Positions 10,801 to 20,621 of a stretch of 56,973 nucleotides of DNA are shown here, piece by piece. This stretch comes from a virus (taxonomy: Duplodnaviria > Caudoviricetes): positions 1 through 56,973 of the IMG/VR virus record IMGVR_UViG_3300026546_000005; one strand, 5' to 3'. The notes below the pieces were generated by a model. The model saw only the letters and a list, made by a program, of their open reading frames with translations. It ran no database searches and was not told where the DNA came from. A program made the translations under genes and the position numbers. The stretch's first letter is position 1. Every line of letters begins with the position of its first letter.

Positions 10801-12014
10801 CCAGCTCTTATACCACCATCAACATTAAATCCTGCAGTATCTTTGTTACTATCTAATGACATTATTGAAATATCAGCAGAGCTATTTTCAAGTCTAAATG
10901 TAAATTTACCAGTGTATGTTTCGCCACCAATAGTATATTGTGTTTTCCAATAATCTCCAAATAATAAACCAACACTTGAATCATTTTTAATTCTTGTATT
11001 TCCATCAACATCTAATGAATAAGATGGACTAGATACACCAATACCAACGTTATTTGATGAATCAATTGAAATAGCAGTTGCATTTCCATTCATTAAATAA
11101 AAATTAGATGCCGCACTATTTGTTTGAGTTTTAATATAACATGAATTATTAGATAAATTATAATATAATGACATATTACTTGTTGATGTTTTACCAATTC
11201 GTAAATATCTAGTATTATTTTCATCATATAAAGTTATATCTCCCTTTGTTACATCTAATGCGCCAGTTGGTGATTCAACATTTATTCCAACACTTGATAT
11301 ATTATTTGAATTTAATTCAGTTATATTAGTATATGTTATTGATGTAGATGTATCATATTTTGCAATTTTATTAGCTTCACCTGTACCAATATCTCCATTA
11401 TCAGTATCACCAAGTTTTAAATCTATTTTATTAGTATTTGAATTTGGTGAAATATTTATTGAATTATCACTTGATTCTAATTCTAATGCTCCTGATATAT
11501 TATTTAATTTATATACTAATCCATTATTTTTTAAACGTTTTGTTGTTAAATCGTGTATTGATGAATTTTCAATTATTTCAATTATATCTGATCCACTTAA
11601 TGGTTGAGATGGATTATCAGGATCATTTACATTTGTATCCCAAATTGCACCATACACAATAAATGCGTTTCGTTCTGATTCATCACCATATATTCTAGTT
11701 TCAAATGAATTAGTTCTTTTTATAAATGCTTGTGATAATCCAACAACTGCTTGATTTGATTGAACATATCTAACTTTTCCAGCAAGCCAAACGAATCCAC
11801 TATCACCAATGTTTTCTAAATTGTTAGAATCGCCAGTAAATTCAGATTCAATATTTTTATTTTCTAATATATATGCTTCTTCACCGTCAACAGTGAAATT
11901 ATTATAAATTGTTTCTAAATATTGAATCTTTTTTTGAATTTCAATAAAATCTTTATTATTATATGGACGTCCACCTTCATTAAATAATAATTCTCGGGCA
12001 TTTTTATCTGACAT
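7866..12014 (-). CDS. Tail fibre with C-terminal peptidase S74 intramolecular chaperone
   Basis: VGIG...P...LDV.G repeats, two WH.GNDGS.SGLDADTVDG repeats, SDIRIKKNI...GFIAQEVE chaperone and a coiled coil. Confidence 0.85.
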   Translation of the reverse strand: MSDKNARELLFNEGGRPYNNKDFIEIQKKIQYLETIYNNFTVDGEEAYILENKNIESEFTGDSNNLENIGDSGFVWLAGKVRYVQSNQAVVGLSQAFIKRTNSFETRIYGDESERNAFIVYGAIWDTNVNDPDNPSQPLSGSDIIEIIENSSIHDLTTKRLKNNGLVYKLNNISGALELESSDNSINISPNSNTNKIDLKLGDTDNGDIGTGEANKIAKYDTSTSITYTNITELNSNNISSVGINVESPTGALDVTKGDITLYDENNTRYLRIGKTSTSNMSLYYNLSNNSCYIKTQTNSAASNFYLMNGNATAISIDSSNNVGIGVSSPSYSLDVDGNTRIKNDSSVGLLFGDYWKTQYTIGGETYTGKFTFRLENSSADISIMSLDSNKDTAGFNVDGGIRAGKGMYVGGDVGIGINNPSQKLDVNGNIKGSSLYLSSVIYLQDGTKNMSKSYYNSASNEHRIYPADSNGNPTNTKLKLMIDYDGSYKEVWHRGNDLYLLRNRGSIPNRNVNDALLRNGFWSADTGGGEVTNTPYGTLSHYSARVPIIMNVGYGDTRLKQFYFEGYATGRNDMWMRGKTGTDSWDSWVKFLTSANSNPEKWSYISGEISLDSSPPNTIVLTGGSLIKSSNGIISETIHLDTRHGSYIINYTVDYNGKVTCDVLVLSDSKDENPFLFDIYTDSNDSNKYWFYLKYSSLTGNDYVRYKTKISILNAVTITSRGTLTNTNNNRGYVIRYNRGNYVGNIYNIGSNSNKWVKIGEFHGSAWSYQGGVLIIQSGEAYGGYVMLHYGLRYNNQGVWDTNHVDLTVLQTIGNKSTDRASWGLNPATDIKLIRTASYKTELWIKNTSSYRSASVYELSRGKTSIPNGYKFFMNSMPTSTEPTGSQTLFGSYDSTWLHNLTVDNNITIPSSLTNEGAIRIYKGDSTYNSGAIYFDGMNGDFNGADYAMIYAQNDGEGRLNINTRSKGLYIDENKAWHAGNDGSGSGLDADTVDGYHASDLYNNTAIQVEASDNLDAGWYTIATNTGDRAIGRFGIRDTAGSRHSATIFYATHHYGTDSSNEITVLTYSKFSGAVFNSIRIKDNGTYDGAVLQVYVNDSSNDLIAYLLGDNFQASGWVLKNFIPDATNPGDVSNYSSMTAKTTVNLTNIQYGGMITTGEIYAGGQSSQYKVWHQGNDGSNSGLDADTVDGKHASAFALASHRHGTNKFDDGSVNAPSIAFNSNSDTGFFINNSDIGVTINNSEKFRFESDGDFHADGDVIAYSSSISSDIRIKKNITNINSNESLNIIEQLNPVSFEFINKPGVLHNGFIAQEVEEIIPHIINEHESLEDNKMYKGIRYTEIIPYNTAAIKELNNKIKEQEQEINYLKNELNEIKKLLNLK

Positions 12015-12158
12015 TTAAGTATATTACTTTTCTATTATATATAAAATTTTATAATATAAGACATTTATAACTTATAAAAATTTTATATATAAATCATTAA
12101 TTAAAATATAAACATTTGTATTGTTTTTTAAATATATAATAAAAACTATGACTATATA

Positions 12159-12893
12159 ATGTCTATTAAAGGTAAACAAATTATTGATAGTACTATAACA
12201 CAACATAAACTGAATTTATCAGATCCTGTAAATCCCACTGATGCTGCAACTAAACAATACGTAGATAATAATAATTCAATAGAATATACATCAATTTCAA
12301 ATTTAAAAATGATTGCTAATAACACATCAAATAATGGTGATTTAGCAGTTAATACAGAATTATTACAACAACCAGTTGCTGGATCTGGTGTAGAAGTATA
12401 TGTAAATGGAGTTCAAATTAATGTTGGTAATAGTACTGCTGGAGATGCGTGTTATTTTTCTCCAGATGGATTATATATGCGTTTACCAGGTAATGAGCGA
12501 AAAGGTGATAAATTGTATTGGAATGGTGATGCAGCTGGATTTAATTTAGATACAAATGATGTTATTGATTTTAAATATATTATAAGTGATGTAAATGATA
12601 GAATAATTACATTATATGATGGAGATGTATATATGTATGATTACACATTAAACAAAAATTTATTTTTATTTAATGGTTTAGATGGTGAATCTGCAAATAT
12701 TATAATAGATGGTCAATCATATGAAGTAGGCAATGTCACAGGAACATTCACCTGGGATATTGGAAATGTAAATGGTTCTTTACATTCATTTTATGCAATT
12801 GGCGAAAATATAACTATTACTGTTAATTCAAATAATTATACAATTGTATTAGATTCTACAACTAATATGAGTTTTACATTAACTTTAATATAA
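12159..12893 (+). CDS. Putative virion protein (IKGKQI paralog family)
   Basis: N-terminus MSIKGKQIIDSTITQ and VYVNG...CYFSPD...GDxLYW domain shared with 52687 and 54189. Confidence 0.55.
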   Translation: MSIKGKQIIDSTITQHKLNLSDPVNPTDAATKQYVDNNNSIEYTSISNLKMIANNTSNNGDLAVNTELLQQPVAGSGVEVYVNGVQINVGNSTAGDACYFSPDGLYMRLPGNERKGDKLYWNGDAAGFNLDTNDVIDFKYIISDVNDRIITLYDGDVYMYDYTLNKNLFLFNGLDGESANIIIDGQSYEVGNVTGTFTWDIGNVNGSLHSFYAIGENITITVNSNNYTIVLDSTTNMSFTLTLI

Positions 12894-12916
12894 TTTTTTT
12901 TATAAAACTTTTTTAT

Positions 12917-12924
12917 TATATTTG
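12917..12924 (+). promoter_or_regulatory. Bacteroidota-type sigma70 -7 element TAnnTTTG
   Basis: TATATTTG about 35 nt upstream of the ATG; the same octamer recurs upstream of many genes. Confidence 0.6.
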
Positions 12925-12958
12925 TAAAAAATAATATAAATTATAAAAATATAAAGTT

Positions 12959-13462
12959 ATGGATAAAACTCAACACAGAACAGTTAATGAAACTGATAAA
13001 GATCTTGATTATTTATATTCAATTGAAGTTCATCCTGTTAAAAACCAAGAATTAGGATACAAAGAAACATTAGATGAACTTAAAAAAGTTAAAGGTGTTA
13101 CAATTGTATATAATGATGACGATTTACAACGAATTGTAGCAAAAATTAATACATATGACGCATCATGTAGAATTGGTTCAAAAAATTGGTGTATATCGTC
13201 GGTAATATATGGCGGCAGTTTAGGAAATGCAAATGGAATCATGTATTGGAATATGTATTTAGGTGATCATGATCATCGTCAATATTTTGTTTGGGATTTT
13301 AAGCAACCAAAAGAAGAATGGGTATTAGTTGGTACAACAACTAATGAAAATATGAATTCTTTTTATTGCGCATATAATTATTATAATAGAGCATTTAGCA
13401 TGGAAGATTATATTAAGGACAATGATTGGGATAGATCATTATTTTTTAATAATGATAATTAA
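12959..13462 (+). CDS. Hypothetical phage protein (S...G..WCI motif)
   Basis: ORF with upstream promoter; ASCRIGSKNWCIS motif. Confidence 0.6.
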   Translation: MDKTQHRTVNETDKDLDYLYSIEVHPVKNQELGYKETLDELKKVKGVTIVYNDDDLQRIVAKINTYDASCRIGSKNWCISSVIYGGSLGNANGIMYWNMYLGDHDHRQYFVWDFKQPKEEWVLVGTTTNENMNSFYCAYNYYNRAFSMEDYIKDNDWDRSLFFNNDN

Positions 13463-13528
13463 TTTTATAATAAATTATATTAATAATAACGGCATATAAA
13501 TGATATATAAAATAAAAATATTGTTTAT

Positions 13529-13864
13529 ATGCCGATTTTTTATGACAATAACAATGATATTATTAAATTAAGAAGATCGGTCAAATCTAAACCAACAAAT
13601 ATTGTTTTAAATATAAATAACAAAAATATTAAATTAACTAAAAAATCTAGTTCAAAATCATATACATTGATAATATATGATTTTGATAAAAAATTTAAAA
13701 TTAAATTAATTAAATTAATTAAAATAATAACTAACGCAGATATAAAATTAATTTCAAATGAATTAAATAATTTACCATTAACTATAAATGAAATTGATTA
13801 TAATGACATTTATAAAATTGAACAAATTTTAAAATCATTACAAATTAAATATATTATTACCTAA
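13529..13864 (+). CDS. Divergent ribosomal protein bL12 (L7/L12) C-terminal-domain-like protein
   Basis: YTLII...KIKLIKLIKIIT...LNNLPLTI...IEQILKSLQIKYII follows the bL12 CTD pattern (KIxVIKxVRxITG...LVxxxP...KLxxxG). Confidence 0.45.
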   Translation: MPIFYDNNNDIIKLRRSVKSKPTNIVLNINNKNIKLTKKSSSKSYTLIIYDFDKKFKIKLIKLIKIITNADIKLISNELNNLPLTINEIDYNDIYKIEQILKSLQIKYIIT

Positions 13865-14417
13865 TTAGTAATTCATCTTTTAAATATTCAATACATAAAC
13901 TTGATATTGCATCAGCTGGTTTTAAAGTTTTAAGATGTGAAATATGTATTTTAACATTATCTGCCAATTTTTCAAATTTTGATCCGTCAGTTGGAGCAAC
14001 AACTTCATCATATTCATTATTTATTAAAGGAATATAATACATATGAATTCTCATAATGCTACCTTTATTTGAAAATAATACTCTCCATTTTTTTAATCTT
14101 GAATAATTTGATTTTACAACTATTCCAGTTTCTTCATATAATTCTCTATAAACTGCTTCTTCTGCTGTTTCATTTTCATCTATTAATCCTGCAACACATA
14201 CTAAATGTTTTTCTTCTCCATCTACAAATTTATATGGTGGTATTACTTCTCTACGCATTACGAATTCCATCGTATCTTCAAAATATGGCACACATATTAC
14301 TGAATCTGTAGTTTTATTTACTTCCCAACCATCAATTTTTATAATTTTTTTATAATCACCTTCATATACTACTTCAGGTTCTTCTTGTTCGTAATTTATA
14401 TTTGTAAATTTTTCCAT
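13857..14417 (-). CDS. Nudix hydrolase
   Basis: Nudix box GLIDENETAEEAVYRELYEETG. Confidence 0.9.
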   Translation of the reverse strand: MEKFTNINYEQEEPEVVYEGDYKKIIKIDGWEVNKTTDSVICVPYFEDTMEFVMRREVIPPYKFVDGEEKHLVCVAGLIDENETAEEAVYRELYEETGIVVKSNYSRLKKWRVLFSNKGSIMRIHMYYIPLINNEYDEVVAPTDGSKFEKLADNVKIHISHLKTLKPADAISSLCIEYLKDELLIR

Positions 14418-14461
14418 TTTTTAAATATTTTTTTGTAAATATAACTATTTTTATTTATTTT

Positions 14462-16777
14462 TTAAATGTTTCTAGCTTCTTTTTCTCTATAATTTGTAAT
14501 TGGCAACTTATCTTGTTTATTTACGTTATCAGCTAATATTAATTTTCCACTTTCTCTTATAATAGATTGTGATAATACCATTTGTAAATTATTAAATTCA
14601 ATTAATTCTTTAAATATTCTAATATTAGTCATTTTTAATTCACTTCCAAATATAACAATATTTGTTTGTATATTGTATTCAATTGGTGTTAATTTTCCAT
14701 TATCAGCTTTTACTAATACTAATTCAGGATTCATATAACTTCTAGGATTGATGTCTGATTGACGACGATAAATAAAATATTCCCATTTTTGTTGAACTTG
14801 ATTCATTTGAAGTACAAATGCATACCAATGATTAATTTGTAGTTCAGAAATAGGAATTTCAATTAATTGATTTCCCCATTCAACATCAATTATATTATTT
14901 GAATATGATATTTTATAACCATTCGCTACATTATCTGTTATAACTTGATTTGTTATAATGTTATATACTAAATCAGATTTTTTACTTTTTAAGTTTATCC
15001 AAAAAATAAAAGATCTATTTTCACCTTTATATAAAACATTATCTGTTATATCATATATTATTGCAATACTATCCGGGGAAACATTAGAAAAATCATAATA
15101 ATTATTACTTATAATATTTGGACCATTAAAAATAGGTTCATTTATTATTCTCGTAAACGAATTTATTTCTTTTCTAGTTACATCATGTGTTAATGCTTGA
15201 AGTTGTGGTTTATTTGATATATTTTTAGTTTCTTGTTCTACTTCTTCTTTAAATAAAGCATCTAATGAATTATTTTCAGTTAATTCATCAATAGATTGTT
15301 GAATATCTACAGTAGGTTTAACATGTAAATTATTTTGTGCTTTACTTAATAATACTTCATAGTAAACACTTGTATTTAAAAAATCTTTATGTGCTTGAGC
15401 ATGATCAACCTGATATAATCTATTTGTTTCACATAAAAATAGCATATCCCATTTTCTTGGACGTTCTTCTAAGCCAAATGCGTTTTTAAATTCATCTCTA
15501 GTAATGTGAACAACAAAAGTTTCGAATAAATCTAAATCAAATGGTGTAAATGAAATTTCATTTTTAGGAAATTTATTATTATCAACTAAAATTTTTATTC
15601 GTTTTTCTTCAATAACATGCGATATTGAATATTCATGTAATACTACATCTCTACCACGTTGATCAGGGTCAGTTTTATAATATACAACTTCCCATCCAAA
15701 CATTTTATTTATATCATTAGTAATTTTATTATATAAATCTGTTGCCTTTAAATCATATGGATTCCATTTATTTTTAGTAAATCTATCATCACATTTTTCA
15801 TATTGTTCAAATTCTGGTGGTGGATATACTTGTGTCGTAATTTCACACGTTCCAGCAGTGTCATCATACTGACAATCATTTCTAAATCCCATTTTACCCA
15901 TTTTTTTATAATTTTGAGTAACATTTTGAAGATCACCAATAATTTCTAAATCCCATATTTTTATTTCACCTGATGGATCATCCCCCTTTCTACAAAATTG
16001 AACTTCAATATACCAAAATCTTAACGGATCAATTTTTAATGATTTTAAATTATCTTTATTTAGTGGCATCCATTCTGACCATAGCCTATTATGTGTATGC
16101 GTTACTCTAAATCTAATATCTAAATATCTATTTTCTGTTATACCTCCAGCAATTAAATTATAATCATATAATTTAAAAACTTTCCATTTATCATATGGTG
16201 ATAATATCATACATTGATCAGGATCTGTTAATGTAACACGTTCAGTTGTTCTATTAATTTCAATCTCACCATTTAAATCAACATAATATAAAAATAATGA
16301 GTATCCATCTTCAGGTGTAATGGTGTCTTGTGGCGCATCTAATCGTTCAAGAGCAATGTATTTTATTTCAACATATAAATCATCTAGCCAATTCCAATTT
16401 TCAGGCATTGTTTTAAAATCTGCCCAACTTGACCACGTTTTATTATCTATTGACCATCTCCATTTTTTAATAAAATATAAATAATCAATGTCACCACCAA
16501 TTTTATCAATTATCTCACAAAATGATGCAACATATTTTATTGGTTTATCATGTCGAATTAATAATGTTTCGTCTGCTTTAAATTCCCATGCATTATTTAT
16601 TAGTTCTTTATTATTTGTTCCAGATTCTATTAATTCTTCACCTGGTAAAATAGGTTTATCTTGACCATTTGTGCCAAAATTTAATAATTCAGATTGTTCA
16701 TCTAATAATGTCCATATAGCATGAAATGGTCCTTCTACATTTGATATTACATTAGGATTTAATTTAATTACAGCCAC
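14462..16777 (-). CDS. Neck protein (T4 gp14-like core) with added N-terminal and LamG-like C-terminal domains
   Basis: NPY...FGWEVVYY...DVVLHE...RPRKWDMLF...LYQV pattern resembles gp14; next to tail genes. Confidence 0.55.
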   Translation of the reverse strand: MAVIKLNPNVISNVEGPFHAIWTLLDEQSELLNFGTNGQDKPILPGEELIESGTNNKELINNAWEFKADETLLIRHDKPIKYVASFCEIIDKIGGDIDYLYFIKKWRWSIDNKTWSSWADFKTMPENWNWLDDLYVEIKYIALERLDAPQDTITPEDGYSLFLYYVDLNGEIEINRTTERVTLTDPDQCMILSPYDKWKVFKLYDYNLIAGGITENRYLDIRFRVTHTHNRLWSEWMPLNKDNLKSLKIDPLRFWYIEVQFCRKGDDPSGEIKIWDLEIIGDLQNVTQNYKKMGKMGFRNDCQYDDTAGTCEITTQVYPPPEFEQYEKCDDRFTKNKWNPYDLKATDLYNKITNDINKMFGWEVVYYKTDPDQRGRDVVLHEYSISHVIEEKRIKILVDNNKFPKNEISFTPFDLDLFETFVVHITRDEFKNAFGLEERPRKWDMLFLCETNRLYQVDHAQAHKDFLNTSVYYEVLLSKAQNNLHVKPTVDIQQSIDELTENNSLDALFKEEVEQETKNISNKPQLQALTHDVTRKEINSFTRIINEPIFNGPNIISNNYYDFSNVSPDSIAIIYDITDNVLYKGENRSFIFWINLKSKKSDLVYNIITNQVITDNVANGYKISYSNNIIDVEWGNQLIEIPISELQINHWYAFVLQMNQVQQKWEYFIYRRQSDINPRSYMNPELVLVKADNGKLTPIEYNIQTNIVIFGSELKMTNIRIFKELIEFNNLQMVLSQSIIRESGKLILADNVNKQDKLPITNYREKEARNI

Positions 16778-16863
16778 TTAAAAAATACTATTTTCTTTAT
16801 ATATTAATTTTGAATATGTTGATATTAAACTTAATATATAATATAAATTAAGTATTTAAATTA

Positions 16864-18708
16864 ATGGGATGCTGTGGACAATCAATAGGACAACCTTTAA
16901 AAAATGATTTTTTAGGAACAGAAAATAACAAAGAAATTCGACTTTCAAATAATTCTGTCGTTGTAACAGAAGGACCAAATACGTTAGCAAAAATAGATTT
17001 ATGTGAATTAATAATTCCATATGAAGAATTTACAAGAACATCTATAACATTAAAACCAAACGCTTCTAACGTACCATTACAATACGCAGGGTTACTTGGA
17101 AATAATATTACATATTTATTATTAGTTGCAACATATGAAGCAGCTAGTATCACTAGACCAACTTCTGATGATATGGATCCAAATAATAGATATGTTGATT
17201 ATTTTTTCAAAACTGAGCCTGAAATTATTAGACATTTTGCACAAATGATGGTTTTAACTGGAACAGAATATACACCTATACCTGAAGTGTTACTTAACAA
17301 TCCAAGTCCAAATAGATCAGTTAAAATAGATATTATTGCAGCGACTACTAGTACAAATATAGAAGATTCAACAACTAGTATTAATTCAGATTATAAAATT
17401 GTTGATGCATTATGGACAGACATTTTATCAGATCCAGTATCAGGAGATTTTATTATTTATTCTAAAGGATCTCCAGTTGCATATATCGATAGAAATAAAA
17501 TATCTAATATTGAAGTAAATGGTAAAATATTATCTTTTGATGATGTTGCAGTTGGTCAAATTGATATAACATTTATTGATGATTTTAATGCTAATCAAGC
17601 AAATTCAATTATAACGTGGGCAATGAAAGATCTATCTAATATAATTAGAGCAGGAATGTCTGCTGATTTAACACCGCCTGAAATATATTATAAAGATACT
17701 TTCACAACTGATATAATATTAAATTTCACTAGAGTAGATTCAACAAATGGTTTTAATGATATAATAACTAAACAAGATTTATATGATTTATGGATTGATT
17801 ATGTTGAAGATGATAGAGATGGTCGTATTATTTTAGATGATACAAATATTACAATAATTGAATTAGAAACTGGAAATAAAATTAATGCAATAACGCGACA
17901 TGGAAAATATGATATAACAATACAAGTATCTGACGTTGCACAAAACATTAAAAAAGATACATTCTTAATAAATGTAAAAGATACTAATGCTGCAAAACAA
18001 ATTGTTAAAACATGGGTTGTTACATATATTAAAAATATAACTGAACAACCACCAATTTATTTACAAGATTATCCTACTAATATAATAAATAAACAAGATT
18101 TAATTGATTTAGTATTAGATAGATTAGCTGATGAACGAGATGGTAATATACCATTAAATGTTAACAATGTAAATGTAACTATATTACAAAATAATATAAA
18201 TAAAGATTTTATATCTGAAGAAGATGTATATTATATTCAATTTGAAGTAATTGATAGCGATAAAAATACATCTACATTATTATGGGAAAATGAATCTACA
18301 ATATTAACTGATAATTTAAATAATCAAGTTGATCATATAATATTAGAAATAAAAGAAAATCAACCAGCTGAAGTAATATGGAAAGAACCATCAGAAGATG
18401 AAACAGATGATATGTACAAATTAAGTTTATATCAATTTAATGTAAATGGTATAATATCTAAAAGTCAGTTATATTCATATTATGTTATAGATGTTACAGA
18501 TGATAGAACGTTAAGACAAAACATATATTTAATTAATAGTAAAATAATTAAAACACACGAATTTAATGAAGAACTTAATGAATATGTTGAAATAGATCCC
18601 GTTGAATTATATTATATTGATTCTAAAGGAATATACATATATGAAGTTCAACATATTGATTCTGACGCAGCAATAAGCACTGAATTAAAAAATATAACTG
18701 TAATATAA
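16864..18708 (+). CDS. Putative virion protein with repeated Ig-like domains
   Basis: Three repeats of I.KQDL..L..D.V.D.RDG.I. Confidence 0.5.
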   Translation: MGCCGQSIGQPLKNDFLGTENNKEIRLSNNSVVVTEGPNTLAKIDLCELIIPYEEFTRTSITLKPNASNVPLQYAGLLGNNITYLLLVATYEAASITRPTSDDMDPNNRYVDYFFKTEPEIIRHFAQMMVLTGTEYTPIPEVLLNNPSPNRSVKIDIIAATTSTNIEDSTTSINSDYKIVDALWTDILSDPVSGDFIIYSKGSPVAYIDRNKISNIEVNGKILSFDDVAVGQIDITFIDDFNANQANSIITWAMKDLSNIIRAGMSADLTPPEIYYKDTFTTDIILNFTRVDSTNGFNDIITKQDLYDLWIDYVEDDRDGRIILDDTNITIIELETGNKINAITRHGKYDITIQVSDVAQNIKKDTFLINVKDTNAAKQIVKTWVVTYIKNITEQPPIYLQDYPTNIINKQDLIDLVLDRLADERDGNIPLNVNNVNVTILQNNINKDFISEEDVYYIQFEVIDSDKNTSTLLWENESTILTDNLNNQVDHIILEIKENQPAEVIWKEPSEDETDDMYKLSLYQFNVNGIISKSQLYSYYVIDVTDDRTLRQNIYLINSKIIKTHEFNEELNEYVEIDPVELYYIDSKGIYIYEVQHIDSDAAISTELKNITVI

Positions 18709-19034
18709 TGACAACATCATGTAGTAATATAAATTCAACAAATAATAGTATAAATGTATCTAACACACCAGTAGATTGTATTATATATGATCCTAAAAGT
18801 TTTTTACCACCATATAATGGTGAAAATTATGTTCAAATAAGAGACATAAATGGTATAATTAGATATAAAATTTACAATAATACTTTAACTGCTAGATATG
18901 TTAATAAAAATATTTTATTTTTAAAAACCGCATCAGAAAATAAAATTATTAGAATAGAATTTAAAACAAATGAAGATGCATCAAATGCATTAGTGTTATT
19001 TTCAGATATGTATAATAATATTCGAGATTTATAA
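18708..19034 (+). CDS. Hypothetical protein
   Basis: TAATG-coupled ORF. Confidence 0.6.
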   Translation: MTTSCSNINSTNNSINVSNTPVDCIIYDPKSFLPPYNGENYVQIRDINGIIRYKIYNNTLTARYVNKNILFLKTASENKIIRIEFKTNEDASNALVLFSDMYNNIRDL

Positions 19035-19091
19035 AAAATAATTTATAATAATAAATTAATATATATAATTAAAATAGATGTATTTAAAAAT

Positions 19092-19673
19092 ATGTTACCA
19101 CATTTTACAAATATAATAACAGCTAATTCATTAAAGGAACCAATATATCAAAATTTATTTGAAATAACTGTTACATTACCACCAGTTATTTCAGCTAATT
19201 CTACGCATGAAACTAGAATATTATTAGAAAATGCAACAAATATAGATTTAAAATTAACTGAAGAAATTAAAACAGTTGAACAAAAATTTAAGTATTCAGC
19301 TAGAGCATATGCAACAACGCCAGATCAAAATGTTGTATCACCAACATTTAGTATTACATTTAATATGAATCAAAATGAAGCTAAATCAGTTGAAACATGG
19401 GCAATACTTAAACGTTGGTATGATTTAGAATGGAATAGTCAAACTGGTGAATTACATTATAAAAATGAAATGATTGGTCAAATAACAGCAAATATTCATG
19501 ATCGTAAAGGTGAAATTATTAGACGTGTTGATTTTGTAAATTGTCAAATTACAAAACTTGATGGCGGATGGGATTTAAACTGGGCAAGTAATAGTGAAAT
19601 ACAATCGTTTACTGCAAATTGGATTGCAGATTATTGGATCGACACTTATTTCGATTTAACAGATTCAAATTAA
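19092..19673 (+). CDS. Tail tube protein (T4 gp19-like), copy 1
   Basis: NLFEIT..LP, F.ITFN, W...W...TG...K, I.DRKG..IR; size and context fit. Confidence 0.7.
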   Translation: MLPHFTNIITANSLKEPIYQNLFEITVTLPPVISANSTHETRILLENATNIDLKLTEEIKTVEQKFKYSARAYATTPDQNVVSPTFSITFNMNQNEAKSVETWAILKRWYDLEWNSQTGELHYKNEMIGQITANIHDRKGEIIRRVDFVNCQITKLDGGWDLNWASNSEIQSFTANWIADYWIDTYFDLTDSN

Positions 19674-19694
19674 AAAAAATAATTAATTATAAAT

Positions 19695-20258
19695 ATGTTA
19701 CCACATTTTGTAAATTTAATATCAACAAATACTAAATATGAACCAATATATAAAAATTTATTTGAAGTTATTGTTACATTACCTCCAATTATTGAAACAA
19801 CAGATTCAAGTAGATTAATATTAGAAAATGTAAATCAATTTACTGGATTAAATGATGTGTTTAAATCATTAGAACCAACAAACCAACAATTTAAATATTC
19901 TTTCAGGAATTACCTTAAAACTCCTGCAACGACAACAATTGATTTTTCAATAAATTTAAATATAAATCAATCTGATAAAAAAGTAATGGAAACGTGGGTT
20001 TTAATGAAACGTTGGTATGATTTAATTTGGAATAGTCAAACTGGTGAATTACATTATAAAAATGATTATATTGGTAATGTAACGATTCAAGTGCATGATA
20101 GAACTGGAGAAGTAATTCGCAGAGTTGATTTTGTAAATGCATTTATAAAATCAATTAGTGGTTTCACTTTTTCTTGGGGAAATTCGGATATAATTAAAGA
20201 TGTAAAAGTTGATTTTAAAGCTGACTATTGGATTGATACATATTTTGATGCAATATAA
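19695..20258 (+). CDS. Tail tube protein (T4 gp19-like), copy 2
   Basis: Clear tandem paralog (KRWYDL.WNSQTGELHYKN, ADYWIDTYFD). Confidence 0.7.
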   Translation: MLPHFVNLISTNTKYEPIYKNLFEVIVTLPPIIETTDSSRLILENVNQFTGLNDVFKSLEPTNQQFKYSFRNYLKTPATTTIDFSINLNINQSDKKVMETWVLMKRWYDLIWNSQTGELHYKNDYIGNVTIQVHDRTGEVIRRVDFVNAFIKSISGFTFSWGNSDIIKDVKVDFKADYWIDTYFDAI

Positions 20259-20288
20259 TTTTAGTATTAAACAATAATATATTATATT

Positions 20289-20319
20289 TGCCATTATAAA
20301 TTTTTATAATGGCATTTTT
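20289..20319 (+). terminator. Intrinsic terminator
   Basis: TGCCATTATAAA/TTTATAATGGCA hairpin plus T5. Confidence 0.6.
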
Positions 20320-20322
20320 ATT

Positions 20323-20592
20323 ATGAATGTATTTGATGAATATTTTAATAAATATGATAATGAACCAATATACACTAATTATAAATTTATTAGAGAACTT
20401 TATAATTATTTAAAAAATTATCATTATAATACAGAATTAACTATAAAACATGCATTATATGATGCTAGAAATTATATTAATAATGGACATGATTTAACGA
20501 ATATTCAAATTTTACTTGTAAATAAAATTATTGAACGTCATAATATAAAAAGTTTTAATAAATATTTAAATTTATTATCACTTGCATGCTGA
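20323..20592 (+). CDS. Hypothetical protein
   Basis: ORF downstream of a TATATTTG motif. Confidence 0.5.
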   Translation: MNVFDEYFNKYDNEPIYTNYKFIRELYNYLKNYHYNTELTIKHALYDARNYINNGHDLTNIQILLVNKIIERHNIKSFNKYLNLLSLAC

Positions 20593-20621
20593 AAAGGTCC
20601 ATTTCAAATATATAATTTACT

